Of a DNA stretch of 32,954 nucleotides, positions 15,927 through 25,507 are shown piece after piece. The stretch is from Candidatus Iainarchaeum sp. (GTDB taxonomy: Archaea > Iainarchaeota > Iainarchaeia > Iainarchaeales > GCA-2688035). A program made the translations under genes and the position numbers. The notes under the pieces are model-generated. The model worked only from the letters and a program-made list of their open reading frames with translations. It made no database searches and had not been told where the DNA came from. The stretch is from NCBI GenBank assembly GCA_017610175.1, contig JAFCCO010000014.1, forward strand, positions 1 through 32,954, in the 5' to 3' direction. Each line of letters opens with the position of its first letter. Within the stretch, counting starts at the first letter, position 1.

Positions 15927-18900
15927 TTATCCAGCACCCCGCCTATATAAAATTGCCGCAAACACAGCAAGCCCTGCCAAAGCAGTTAAAATTGGTGGAA
16001 CCCAATTCAAGTAAGTGAACATTGCCATCTCAATCATTACAATTATTCCAATCGCACTCATATCGGTTGTTAGCCCAACCCCAATTGCAACAACTGTTGC
16101 AATTATTATGAAAGAAGAAAGCATTAGCAAAAAAAAGCAAGGTTCTCCAGGCTCATTCATGCAGCCAAACTGCGACCTAAAAGCCGCACTGCTTAACTGA
16201 ATAACCAAATCGTTTGAACCAGCTCCGAAAACGTACAGTGAATAACTTGATTCCCTAATTAGCCCATTTTCAGTTTCAACAAAAACCGTTACAACAATTG
16301 GAGTTTCGTCAATTAGGCTTGCGTAAGGAATTGTAAAACCACAAGTTGTACCACAAGATTGGTTTGCGTCAATGTTTGAATCAAAAACGTTACTATATCT
16401 AATATAAGCCCAACTGCTTACAATTGTTCCGTTGGTGTCAATTGAAACATTTACATCACCACCGGTTGAACTGTATTCCAAATAACCCTTGCTTGGAACA
16501 ACTTGAATTGCAACATACTCCCAAGGAGGCGCTCTTTGAGTTATTTCAGTTGTGTCAAGATAAACATAATAACCAGTAAAATTTATTTTCAAAGACTTGG
16601 TGAACAAAAATCCACCATCTGAATCATAAAAATCAAAGTCATAATCGTTGTCAACCAAAAACGAAAGCGAAGCCGTTCCGGAATCGTCAGTTGCAACGCT
16701 TTGAACTTCAACACGGCCTTCTCCTGTAATTGATTTAAACGATTTGATTAAAATGTTTGGAACGGTTGACAAGTCAGAAGTGTCAAGAGTGTAAAACGCA
16801 GCAGTTATTCCGTCAACAGCCTTTGGCAAATACATTTGAATTACATCGGTTTGAGGCGCTCCCTTATAATTAATTTCGCGCTTTCGAGTAAGGTAAGTGT
16901 TTCCCCCGTTTAAGTCAAGCTGGTAATACGACAAAGTGTTTGGCAAAGCGTGGAAAAACACCGGAGCGGTTTTTCCCGAAAACGAAACGCTTCCAGTTCC
17001 CCTAACATCCAAATCAAACGGTGAAACAGCCGACAAGTCATCCTCATCCTTTGGAATTTCAAACTTTACAATAACCATATTGTAGTCGTAAACTTCGTAA
17101 TTGTTGTCGTATATTCTGAAAAAATAGTTTACATCCTGGTTGTTTACAAAGAACGAAACCTTTCCAGCAGAATCCGTTTGCCTTCTCTCTGAAACGTTTA
17201 CGTCAGGCAAACGCAGTTCAATAATTGTATTTGGTAAAATAGTTGTTCCCGGTGGATCGTAAAACATAAACTTATCAGTTTGGCCGTAAATGTCTTGCAA
17301 AAGCGTAACGTTTAAATCAATTACTGAAAACTGGTTTACGTCTTTCCAAAACCATTCACGGGTTGTGTACGTTCCAGAAGTTTCAGCCCTAATTGTATAA
17401 TCTGCCGTTGAAATGTTGTTCAAGTCCAAGTGCAAAAGCCCACTCGAAGTCGAGTCAGCCGAACCGTTTACAGTTAGCGTTCCAGGATCGATTGAACCGT
17501 GAGTGTTCTCATCCTTAAACATTAACTGCAACCGGCCTTCCTCAACAGCAAACGTTATGTTGGAGTCGTCAGTTATGTCATTTCCAAAAACGTCTGACCC
17601 AAACACCCGGTACGTTACCTCCCAGCTTCCAGCATAAGGCAGCAAAACATTTGCGTTCTGGTCGCTCGACTGCAACACATTGTTTCTATACCATTCAAAC
17701 GAACTCGTTGAAACGTTGTTGACATCGCTTGCATCGGAACCAGCAATTTGCACAACCACCTTTGAACCAGAAACAACCTGTGATCGAGCAAATGAAAAGT
17801 CTGCGTTCAAGTCAATGGTTTCAACCTCAAACGTTGCGTCACTGTCGTCATATTGAGAAAAAACGCTGTCAGCAATCTTTACAATAACCTTCCAATCTCC
17901 AAAGATTGCGGGAACCGTCCAAGAATAGTGGCAAATGTCTGAAACCGAAAAGTTGTTGGTGTCACAGAAAACCTCGCTCGAATCAGTGTTCACATCATCA
18001 ATTATTTCAACCGTTTCACCAGACTTAAAATAATTAATATCAATTAACAAAGTGTTGTCGACATCGCTTTGAACCTCAAAATTTATGTCAACCGTTTGCG
18101 AAACAATGAACACCTCGCCACCGTTCGGAGCCAAAACGTTTACGTCAATTCCTGAAAAAGTCTCCTGCACTCCGTAAGTCTGCAAGGCGCCCCGCTCTGA
18201 ATTATAAATAAGCAATGCTTCGTCATCAGACAGTTCCTTTGTAAAAAACTTCAATGTGTCAACCACCCCATCCAAAACTCCGCCTGTTGCCCCAACATTA
18301 AATTCAGAAATACTTCCACCGTCAATTGTTCCCCGTGGTTGGTTTAAAACGTTTCCGTCAACAGTTGAACCGTTTACATAAATCTTCATCCTGTTGTTTG
18401 AATTGCTATAAGTTGCAATCACATGATACCAAACGTTTGCGTCAAAAGTTTGCTTTGACGTAACCGCATTAGCCGTTCCATTTACTCCCTCAGTTGTTCT
18501 GAACATAATTCCAAGCTGGTCAGAAGCATCATAATCACGCCAACCTAAAGCAATATAGTTAGATGCAGCCAAATCCTTTTCAAAAAACAACTGCGTTGCG
18601 TTCTTCGTGTCATCCCAAACATTTGGCCGCTGTGCCCACAAAGAAAACGAAAACTCGTCATAGGTTCCAGTTGACATGAAAGTTGAAGAGCTTGAAAGAG
18701 AAGCCAAATAGCTTGTTGCGTTTGCGTGTTTTCCAACGACTCCCGGCCGCGTTCCAGCTCCATGAAGCAAAGCGTTTCCACCCGTTGCCCTGTTGTTCGC
18801 AATTGCCGAACTTGACGATTCGTTCATATCCCAAACCGTGTTATAGTCTGGTGTAAATGTTGCGTTTGAGTCAGCCAAAGGCGAAGCCGCCACATTCCCA

Positions 18901-19808
18901 TAATAAATATTAAAATTTATGTTTGCCGAAGCATCAAACGTGTCAGTTACCCGAACCCACGCAATCATATTTTGGTCAGAGTAATCCCAACGCTCTAAAT
19001 AAAACTCCAACAAAGCGGAATCGGTTCCGTCAACAAACCGAATGTCCTTTCCTGAAGGGTCAACAGTTAACCAAAAGTTCGTTTGCTCGGAGTTAAAGTC
19101 AACTAACACAACATGGTCTGTTGTAACGTTTCCAGAAAGCCAGGACGAAGTCTTTAATAAAATGTTCTTTTTAGCCCTCCAATTAGTGTCCCACCAATCC
19201 CACTCTGAAATCTCTTCTCCCAAAAATGTTGGAATCCAGTCAACGCTGTTCTCTCCCAAAACCGCTTTCTTCTTTCCCCAAACCCGCAGCCTGTAAGTTT
19301 CACCCTTTAAAGCTTTAAACCCATAAAAATTTCCAACCTTTTCCCAACGGCTTTCAACGTGGCTTCCACAAACCTTTCTAACGTTTCGAGAACAACTACA
19401 TTCACCTGCCACCTTTCCATCAACGCAACCTATACTCAAGCAAGAACTCTGATTCAAGTCACCAAAACCAAATGTAAAATATTCCAGCTCAATGCAGTAA
19501 TCGTTCACTTGAAAGGAACGCTCTTTAAAAACGTCAACTCCAAAATCCTGCAACCCAGGCGACTTAGCCGAACGCTTTGCAACATCAAAACCAAACTGTG
19601 AATCGTTCTGCAAAGAAACGGTTCTATTAAAACTCTCCGCACTCAAGTCCCACTCAATCCACGCCTCACAGTCTACAAGGCAGGAATCTGTGTTTGACAA
19701 AAGAGTAAAACGGCTGTTGCCAATGTTTTTAACGTCCAAAGTGGCAGCCGCGTAGCTAACCAAAAAGAGCGTGAAAAACGCTACTGCTAAGTAGGCAAAT
19801 CGCTTCAT
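15927..19808 (-). CDS. Large membrane-anchored adhesin/terminal-fibre protein with DUF2341, LamG/concanavalin-like and Ig-like domains
   Basis: Signal peptide; DIRFVD..LLEFYLERWD..AWVRV..IYYGN (DUF2341); FSFSLW..WYHVIATY..KIYVNG (LamG); 3 C-terminal TM segments. Confidence 0.88.
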   Translation of the reverse strand: MKRFAYLAVAFFTLFLVSYAAATLDVKNIGNSRFTLLSNTDSCLVDCEAWIEWDLSAESFNRTVSLQNDSQFGFDVAKRSAKSPGLQDFGVDVFKERSFQVNDYCIELEYFTFGFGDLNQSSCLSIGCVDGKVAGECSCSRNVRKVCGSHVESRWEKVGNFYGFKALKGETYRLRVWGKKKAVLGENSVDWIPTFLGEEISEWDWWDTNWRAKKNILLKTSSWLSGNVTTDHVVLVDFNSEQTNFWLTVDPSGKDIRFVDGTDSALLEFYLERWDYSDQNMIAWVRVTDTFDASANINFNIYYGNVAASPLADSNATFTPDYNTVWDMNESSSSAIANNRATGGNALLHGAGTRPGVVGKHANATSYLASLSSSSTFMSTGTYDEFSFSLWAQRPNVWDDTKNATQLFFEKDLAASNYIALGWRDYDASDQLGIMFRTTEGVNGTANAVTSKQTFDANVWYHVIATYSNSNNRMKIYVNGSTVDGNVLNQPRGTIDGGSISEFNVGATGGVLDGVVDTLKFFTKELSDDEALLIYNSERGALQTYGVQETFSGIDVNVLAPNGGEVFIVSQTVDINFEVQSDVDNTLLIDINYFKSGETVEIIDDVNTDSSEVFCDTNNFSVSDICHYSWTVPAIFGDWKVIVKIADSVFSQYDDSDATFEVETIDLNADFSFARSQVVSGSKVVVQIAGSDASDVNNVSTSSFEWYRNNVLQSSDQNANVLLPYAGSWEVTYRVFGSDVFGNDITDDSNITFAVEEGRLQLMFKDENTHGSIDPGTLTVNGSADSTSSGLLHLDLNNISTADYTIRAETSGTYTTREWFWKDVNQFSVIDLNVTLLQDIYGQTDKFMFYDPPGTTILPNTIIELRLPDVNVSERRQTDSAGKVSFFVNNQDVNYFFRIYDNNYEVYDYNMVIVKFEIPKDEDDLSAVSPFDLDVRGTGSVSFSGKTAPVFFHALPNTLSYYQLDLNGGNTYLTRKREINYKGAPQTDVIQMYLPKAVDGITAAFYTLDTSDLSTVPNILIKSFKSITGEGRVEVQSVATDDSGTASLSFLVDNDYDFDFYDSDGGFLFTKSLKINFTGYYVYLDTTEITQRAPPWEYVAIQVVPSKGYLEYSSTGGDVNVSIDTNGTIVSSWAYIRYSNVFDSNIDANQSCGTTCGFTIPYASLIDETPIVVTVFVETENGLIRESSYSLYVFGAGSNDLVIQLSSAAFRSQFGCMNEPGEPCFFLLMLSSFIIIATVVAIGVGLTTDMSAIGIIVMIEMAMFTYLNWVPPILTALAGLAVFAAILYRRGAG

Positions 19809-19832
19809 TGGTTATTTTCCTCCACGAAACTC

Positions 19833-20093
19833 CTACTGAAAGTACTGCGGACCTTCAGGCTCTCTGAAACTTCTGTAAACGTGGTACAAAAGCATTACCC
19901 CAAGCACCAACGGAATCAGCTGCACCAAAACCTTCGTAGTAGCCCCATACGGGAACGCATCAGCGTTTCCAATCAATGAATACAACGGGTTTTGAAGTGG
20001 ATCGTACATTGCTAACGCTACATACAACAGCATGAATCCAATTGGAGCTTCAATTATTGCTCCCCAATTCACCATGTTAATCCATTCCTCCAA
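19833..20093 (-). CDS. Two-helix hydrophobic protein, possible minor capsid protein (VP3-like MCP paralog)
   Basis: Two TM helices; GATTKVLVQLIPLVLGVMLL resembles MCP helix 2. Confidence 0.55.
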   Translation of the reverse strand: MEEWINMVNWGAIIEAPIGFMLLYVALAMYDPLQNPLYSLIGNADAFPYGATTKVLVQLIPLVLGVMLLYHVYRSFREPEGPQYFQ

Positions 20094-20179
20094 TTAATTT
20101 TTTTGCCATTCATTCTATTACCTACTTTTTTGCAACCCCAATAGGGGGGCAGCTTTACTGTAAAGCCCTTTCACAGGCT

Positions 20180-21031
20180 TCACAGCACAACTGCGAATAT
20201 GTATATGCTGATTGCGATCACTACACCAGCCACAACTAAACCCAACATCATCGGGCCAGACAATTGGTCTTTTGCTGCCAAGTACCCTGCTGCAATAAAC
20301 AGGAACAAAGCCGCCAAAGCCAACTCAGTCAACAACGCAATATTGTATGCATCACTGTCTGCGGTGTGGAGCAATCCCACTGTCGCTTCCGTGTTTCCGA
20401 TTCCATCTGTCGTATAGTAACACACTGTGTGTTCTCCAAACGATAGACCAAATGGAGCAGTATATGTTGAATAGTTCGGTGCGCATTTACCCTGTCTGCT
20501 TTCACTGTACTGTGTCACAACATTTCCACCATTTGCATCAGTTCCGTAACCCACGCAGGTTGGAACTAACGTTACAACATCGTTTGAAATGGTGTGTTCT
20601 GTGTCACAAGCGTTTGTGTCGATGTAAACTGTGGTCGTTGTCATTGCGTTTGCGTCATCAATGGTTGTTATGTCATAGACATTAACATCGATGTGATAGT
20701 TTGCATCCAATCCCGTTGGCAGAGTCCAGGTGTAAGAACACCCTTGTGCTGTTGAACTCAACGGAAGAGAACAAAAATCCATCGAATTTCCGTCAACAAT
20801 CTCTGTTTTCAGTGTGTCAGAACAACTTACGCTGTCTGTGCAATATGCAATCACAATGTTTGCATCTTCTGGATCGTCAGCGTCAGCAACAGTGAAGTCA
20901 ATGGTAGTCGTTGCAGAAGGATAGTAGTAGTTTCCATCAGTCACAAGATTTACAACTGTGGGATCAGCCGCAAAAGCAAAACTTGCTATTAACAGAAACG
21001 ATAGAATTACCGCTATTTTCTTATCGAACAT
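20180..21031 (-). CDS. Secreted, C-terminally anchored Ig-like/Thr-rich surface protein
   Basis: GGAGGTGA RBS; signal peptide; 2 C-terminal TM segments; 8 DxN motifs. Confidence 0.85.
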   Translation of the reverse strand: MFDKKIAVILSFLLIASFAFAADPTVVNLVTDGNYYYPSATTTIDFTVADADDPEDANIVIAYCTDSVSCSDTLKTEIVDGNSMDFCSLPLSSTAQGCSYTWTLPTGLDANYHIDVNVYDITTIDDANAMTTTTVYIDTNACDTEHTISNDVVTLVPTCVGYGTDANGGNVVTQYSESRQGKCAPNYSTYTAPFGLSFGEHTVCYYTTDGIGNTEATVGLLHTADSDAYNIALLTELALAALFLFIAAGYLAAKDQLSGPMMLGLVVAGVVIAISIYIFAVVL

Positions 21032-21040
21032 ATTCGTTTT

Positions 21041-21271
21041 TCACCTCCTTTTCCTTTTCTTTTTTTTGTAAGGCTGTGAAGCCTTAACCATGTTAAACGA
21101 CTGGTTCGCAACAGCGCCAGCCACTCCGATTCCAACAAAACCCTCAATCGTTCCGGAAAGGTTTGCTGTCGTTCTCGGCCTTGAAAGCAACTGTGTTGAC
21201 TGAAGCGCAAGCGCTCCACCGAAAGCAGCGTCTTTCATTTTTTCAAATTCATTCATTTTCTTTTTTGGCAT
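21041..21271 (-). CDS. Small protein with basic termini and a Gly/Ala-rich core
   Basis: GGAGGT RBS; ends KKKKRKRR. Confidence 0.75.
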   Translation of the reverse strand: MPKKKMNEFEKMKDAAFGGALALQSTQLLSRPRTTANLSGTIEGFVGIGVAGAVANQSFNMVKASQPYKKKKRKRR

Positions 21272-21285
21272 AACAAGTTACCTCC

Positions 21286-24200
21286 CTAAAAAGCAAAAGG
21301 CCAAGCCTTGCCCTTCCCTCCTCCTTTCTTTCTTTTATGCTTTTTCTTCTTTCGTTTAGAAGGCTTCAAAGCAAGAGCCTCCAAGCCCTTTAAAGTAATT
21401 CCCGCATACTCTCCAGGTTCGTCAATTCCATACTTTGATTTTTCAACCATTGCCCCTTTCAAAACCCTTGACTTTGGCAACCTAAACATTTTTTCCCAAC
21501 CTTTCGGCAAAGAAGGTGCTTTTGCCTTCTTACCTCTTTTCTTAGAAGGAATAACTCTCATTGATCTTGCAGGAGTTCCAATTGCAACACTTGCCGCAAA
21601 CTGCCTGGCAACCTCTTTATAAGTTGCGGGAGAAACATCAATCCATTTTCCTCGCCTGCGAACCTGTCCAATAAAACTTGGCTTACGTTTTCTGCGCTTT
21701 CCTCTACTCTTTTGTTTTGAATAATCATCCATATACGGTGAAGGAATCTTTGAATAAAACGGGTAAGGGTAAGGCGAAGTGTACGGACTTGAATACGGTG
21801 AACTGTAAGGCGATCTATAAGGTGAAGTGTAAGGCGAACTATAAGGTGAACGGTAAGGAGATTTGTAAGGTGATTGATACGGTGAACGGTAAGGAGATTT
21901 ATACACCGACTTTGAAGGAGAAATATAAGAAGAAACAATGCTTGGGTACGGTGAACTATACCTTGAAACACTTTTGCTTGGACTGCTAACAACTGAAGGG
22001 GAAGAAACATAAGAAGATGCAACTGAAGAAACAAGGCTTTCATTGTAAGAACTTGCACTGGTTATTTTTCTCAAAGCACTTGAAGCAGAAGATTTTGCAA
22101 CACTCGACACCGCAAAAGGAACAAACACCGTTGAAGCAACGCTTGAAATTGCCTTGCTTGGACTCATATAAACAGAAGCGCTTGGAACATACGCTGATCC
22201 ACTACGAGAAACAACCTCTGAAATAGAACGCCCCACCTTCCTTGAATAATAACTACTTGGATAACTTGAAACCTCAACCGTCTTTCCAACCGAAGGCTTT
22301 ACAGAACCCGCTCCTGCAACTGGAGAAAGCCCAACCTTATACAATTGAATCATTTGATACCGACTACCTAAAGGAGAAGACTCCCAAAGGCGAGTTAACA
22401 ATTTGCTCTTAGTAACAAAAACAGGCGCTTGCAATGTTTCCTTAAAAAAGCCATAACCCAAATACTTTTCCTTTGTAAGAAAAGAACCAGCAAAACCACC
22501 AGGAGGCGCCCAAGCCTGAGTCGCAGCAGTTGCAACAGTATGCTGGCCTTCAACACTTGCACCAAGCAAGTTCATTGGATCAACCTGTTTAATTCCAGAC
22601 TTACCCCACCAAGTTTTCAAAGAAGGAATAAGCCCCTTGCCAGACCGAATCTTAGTATAACCCAAAACACTTTGTTCCAAATATGCTTTGCCAGTTGCAG
22701 GAAGCAACTGAATTTGCCCTGAAGAACCTGAATATCCTTTACCCGCTCCAATGTACCCTCCATAAATTCGGTAAAGCTCTGGATCTTTTGGAGGAGGCGC
22801 ACTAAAATAAAAAGGCTGATGCCCCAAACTACTGCGCAAACCCATAGCCTCCCCTGGTTGATAAGTCAACAAAGTAGTCTTAGAAGACTTTCCCAACTCA
22901 CCAAAAGCAGTTTTAACCTGCCCACTTTTAAGCTTTGAAAAGAAACGAGAAGCACGGCCTGGAAAAAGGTTTGCATAACTTGCGTGTGCGCCAGAAGTTT
23001 TCTGCCCAACTAAAGACTTTAACTGTCCAGGCGTTTGTTCAACAGTATAACTTGGAACAAGCTCTATCCTTTCAGCGCCACGATAAGCTCCCAAAAACTT
23101 TCTGTCAAGCACACCCTTTGTAATGCGAGAACTGATTCTTGTTCCGGGAAACTTAAAAGCAGTAACAAGCCCAACACCTCCAGCAACAAGCCTTGCCATT
23201 TCAGCCTTGCCTGCCTTTCCATCCAAATAAGGATAATGTTCTGCCGGTAATGTTCCAATCTCAAGCTTTGTAGGTTGTTCAAAAGTCAAAATAGTTTTAA
23301 AAAAAGGCTTTGTTTTTACAGCTTTGCGGCCAGTGAAAAAAGAAACAACCGGATTCACAACAGGATCAGCAAAACCAAAACCCAATTCAACAGGTGTTTT
23401 AAAAACAGTTTTTTGTTCCTTCTCAATTATTGAAGGCATATTGCCCCAAAACTGTTTGTAATATTGCACATTCTGCCTTGCACCCTCAATAGAAGGAGGC
23501 GGGTGCAAATCCAAACCAACAGACTTCAAAGCCTCTGTTCCAGTTTCATAAGCAAAACCAACCCCATAAGAAGCTGCTCCAAAAATAGTTCCCTGAACAC
23601 CTCCAGCAATGCCTCCGGAAATACCTCCAAGCGGGCCACCAATTGAACCAAGCCCTGCTCCAATCAAACCCCAAGAACCAGCAGACGTTCCAACGTGCCG
23701 AGAAATCACACCAGCATCAAGCGGAAACTGTGAAACATAACCCGGCTTTCCACCAATCTTTGAAACCAAAGGCGGCTTTCCAGTTCTCGGATCAGTCATC
23801 CACATAGAATCAGCCTCTTTTGCAAACTTATATTTAGACTGAGCAACATCCTCCCAACCAGCAAAATGCTCACCAACAACAGGCGGGCCTACCAGCTCTT
23901 CCCGCTCAACAACCCTTGCAGACATCTCCTTAGCAGAACGCAAACCTGCTCCAGGATCAGTTGAAAAACTTGACCGAGTTGAAGACGGTGCAACAAACGT
24001 AGAAGTTTTTTGAGTCGGAGGAAACTTTGAAACCTTAGCAGCAGCAATCTGTGCCTCCTTTCCAGAAATTTCAGCCATGTCATTATAGCGAGAAATTCCA
24101 CGATTCAACTCAAGAGAAGCTTTTTTATAAGCCGCAACTCGCTCATTATAACCTCGAATAGAAGCTGTTGGAGAACGCCCCGCAGCAATATCAGCCTCAA

Positions 24201-24717
24201 GCCTTTCACGAGAAGCCACAAGCCCTTCCCTTTGCACTTCTAAATCTTTACTCTCAGACTTAATCTGTTCACCAACAGCACGCAACTTTTCAACATTAGT
24301 AGTAAAAGTTTTAGTAGCCTGATATACCCCGCCTTCAAAATGTTCAGGCCGCACACGCTGAGAAGTAGAAACTCCAATCTCCTGAGAAATACGCCTTGCC
24401 TCAAGCTCAGAAAAACCACGCTTTAACAAAGCCTCCTTCAAAGTTGGCGCACCCGCAACATCAGAACGCAACTCCTCCGCAGGAATATCCTTAATCGAAG
24501 AAAGCAACCGAACCTTTGAAGAAACACTACCCCCCTCTTTCCCACCAACAAAACCACTTGAACCAACTCCACTGCTCGGAGTCCAACCCGCTTGTCTTGG
24601 ATCACCATAATAAGCTCGGCCCTGAGTTTGTTCATACGCTTGAGCGTGTCTAAAAGAAGTAGCCTGCCTACTTTCCTGCCTGGCACTCATCTCATCTGCA
24701 CGCTCACGAGAAACCAT
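21286..24717 (-). CDS. 1143-aa low-complexity virion protein (coiled coil, Gly-zipper, Ser-rich region, SPYx repeats, basic tail); possible internal/DNA-delivery protein
   Basis: ORF track; domain pattern read from composition; function is an inference. Confidence 0.8.
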   Translation of the reverse strand: MVSRERADEMSARQESRQATSFRHAQAYEQTQGRAYYGDPRQAGWTPSSGVGSSGFVGGKEGGSVSSKVRLLSSIKDIPAEELRSDVAGAPTLKEALLKRGFSELEARRISQEIGVSTSQRVRPEHFEGGVYQATKTFTTNVEKLRAVGEQIKSESKDLEVQREGLVASRERLEADIAAGRSPTASIRGYNERVAAYKKASLELNRGISRYNDMAEISGKEAQIAAAKVSKFPPTQKTSTFVAPSSTRSSFSTDPGAGLRSAKEMSARVVEREELVGPPVVGEHFAGWEDVAQSKYKFAKEADSMWMTDPRTGKPPLVSKIGGKPGYVSQFPLDAGVISRHVGTSAGSWGLIGAGLGSIGGPLGGISGGIAGGVQGTIFGAASYGVGFAYETGTEALKSVGLDLHPPPSIEGARQNVQYYKQFWGNMPSIIEKEQKTVFKTPVELGFGFADPVVNPVVSFFTGRKAVKTKPFFKTILTFEQPTKLEIGTLPAEHYPYLDGKAGKAEMARLVAGGVGLVTAFKFPGTRISSRITKGVLDRKFLGAYRGAERIELVPSYTVEQTPGQLKSLVGQKTSGAHASYANLFPGRASRFFSKLKSGQVKTAFGELGKSSKTTLLTYQPGEAMGLRSSLGHQPFYFSAPPPKDPELYRIYGGYIGAGKGYSGSSGQIQLLPATGKAYLEQSVLGYTKIRSGKGLIPSLKTWWGKSGIKQVDPMNLLGASVEGQHTVATAATQAWAPPGGFAGSFLTKEKYLGYGFFKETLQAPVFVTKSKLLTRLWESSPLGSRYQMIQLYKVGLSPVAGAGSVKPSVGKTVEVSSYPSSYYSRKVGRSISEVVSRSGSAYVPSASVYMSPSKAISSVASTVFVPFAVSSVAKSSASSALRKITSASSYNESLVSSVASSYVSSPSVVSSPSKSVSRYSSPYPSIVSSYISPSKSVYKSPYRSPYQSPYKSPYRSPYSSPYTSPYRSPYSSPYSSPYTSPYPYPFYSKIPSPYMDDYSKQKSRGKRRKRKPSFIGQVRRRGKWIDVSPATYKEVARQFAASVAIGTPARSMRVIPSKKRGKKAKAPSLPKGWEKMFRLPKSRVLKGAMVEKSKYGIDEPGEYAGITLKGLEALALKPSKRKKKKHKRKKGGGKGKAWPFAF
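21760..21905 (-). repeat. Degenerate 12-bp coding tandem repeat encoding (S-P-Y-x)n
   Basis: SPYRSPYQSPYKSPYRSPYSSPYTSPYRSPYSSPYSSPYTSPY. Confidence 0.9.
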
Positions 24718-25004
24718 TAATCAGCCCCCGCTAAATAGCCAGCCTCAACCGGATCATCAAAATACTTCTCACCATAAATCTGCTCGTAAAGTTTACCGTG
24801 CCTCAAAGACATTGCTTGAGTTTCTTTCAAACGAAAAATAGTGGCTTGCTTTTCAACAGACAATAGCTTTCCCGACACAAACAAAAATTCTTCATCTGGC
24901 AACGTTGGAACTTCCGGCTCAGGTTCAACAAACAGGCTGGCAAAAAACACTGCGCCAGCAAAAAACAGGCAAGCAATTAAAACAAAAACAAAGATGCTTT
25001 TCAT
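24717..25004 (-). CDS. Single-TM protein, first gene of the minus-strand structural operon
   Basis: N-terminal TM; directly downstream of the shared promoter motif. Confidence 0.75.
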   Translation of the reverse strand: MKSIFVFVLIACLFFAGAVFFASLFVEPEPEVPTLPDEEFLFVSGKLLSVEKQATIFRLKETQAMSLRHGKLYEQIYGEKYFDDPVEAGYLAGAD

Positions 25005-25008
25005 AACA

Positions 25009-25041
25009 GTACATATATAGAGCGTAACTTCCCTTAGCGAT
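25009..25041 (-). promoter_or_regulatory. Second copy of the putative late promoter motif
   Basis: Minus strand reads ATCGCTAAGGGAAGTTACGCTCTATATATGTAC, compared with 4543-4576. Confidence 0.75.
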
Positions 25042-25062
25042 TAACTGTTTGAAAAAATGTGC

Positions 25063-25097
25063 CTTTTGCCGTATAATTTTGGCAAAAGCTTATTAAG
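25063..25097 (+). promoter_or_regulatory. Operator-like palindrome overlapping a BRE/TATA-like promoter for rightward genes
   Basis: CTTTTGCC-10nt-GGCAAAAG running into AAAAGCTTATTAA. Confidence 0.5.
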
Positions 25098-25263
25098 ATG
25101 AAACTTTACAATGCACGCGGTGAAGAAAAGTGTTGGCAAACAAAAAGGCATCAGAAAAAGTTGGTTTAATCACCTCTACTTCAAAACAGCCAACACTTTC
25201 CCACCACAACTCAATAGCCGACAAAGTGCTGTGGGCATTTCAAAAACCGGGAGGCAAAGCAAA

Positions 25264-25419
25264 ATGAATTTCTTGGAAGAACTTCCAAACGACTTCGGCA
25301 AAGGCAGAATGCCAAACCCGCCAACAGAAACAATGCGAAGAACCGCAGAATACTTAAAACTCAACGCCCTGCCAATCGCAGGTATAATTCTCGGCGTTGC
25401 CGGAATTGTGGGGCTATAA
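25264..25419 (+). CDS. Small protein with a C-terminal TM segment (51 aa)
   Basis: GGGAGG RBS before ATG 25264. Confidence 0.6.
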   Translation: MNFLEELPNDFGKGRMPNPPTETMRRTAEYLKLNALPIAGIILGVAGIVGL

Positions 25420-25420
25420 A

Positions 25421-25507
25421 ATGGAAACATGCCCATTCTGCTCAAGACCAACAAGCATCTACGGAAAAAAATGGTTTTGCGACTTCTGCGGAGCTGCTGG
25501 AGAATGA
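25421..25507 (+). CDS. Micro Zn-ribbon protein (28 aa)
   Basis: METCPFCSRPTSIYGKKWFCDFCGAAGE. Confidence 0.65.
   Translation: METCPFCSRPTSIYGKKWFCDFCGAAGE

Noticed and set aside
5232-19808. Diversity-generating retroelement or shufflon acting on the adhesins
   Set aside because: No reverse transcriptase, no template/variable repeat pair and no inverted cassettes seen
21760-21905. True homology to the RNA polymerase II CTD
   Set aside because: The period is 4 (SPYx), not the YSPTSPS heptad, and there are no polymerase domains
4543-25041. Shared motif pair as invertase sites flipping a 20-kb segment
   Set aside because: The central spacer differs in sequence and length, and both copies sit just before operon starts, which favours promoters
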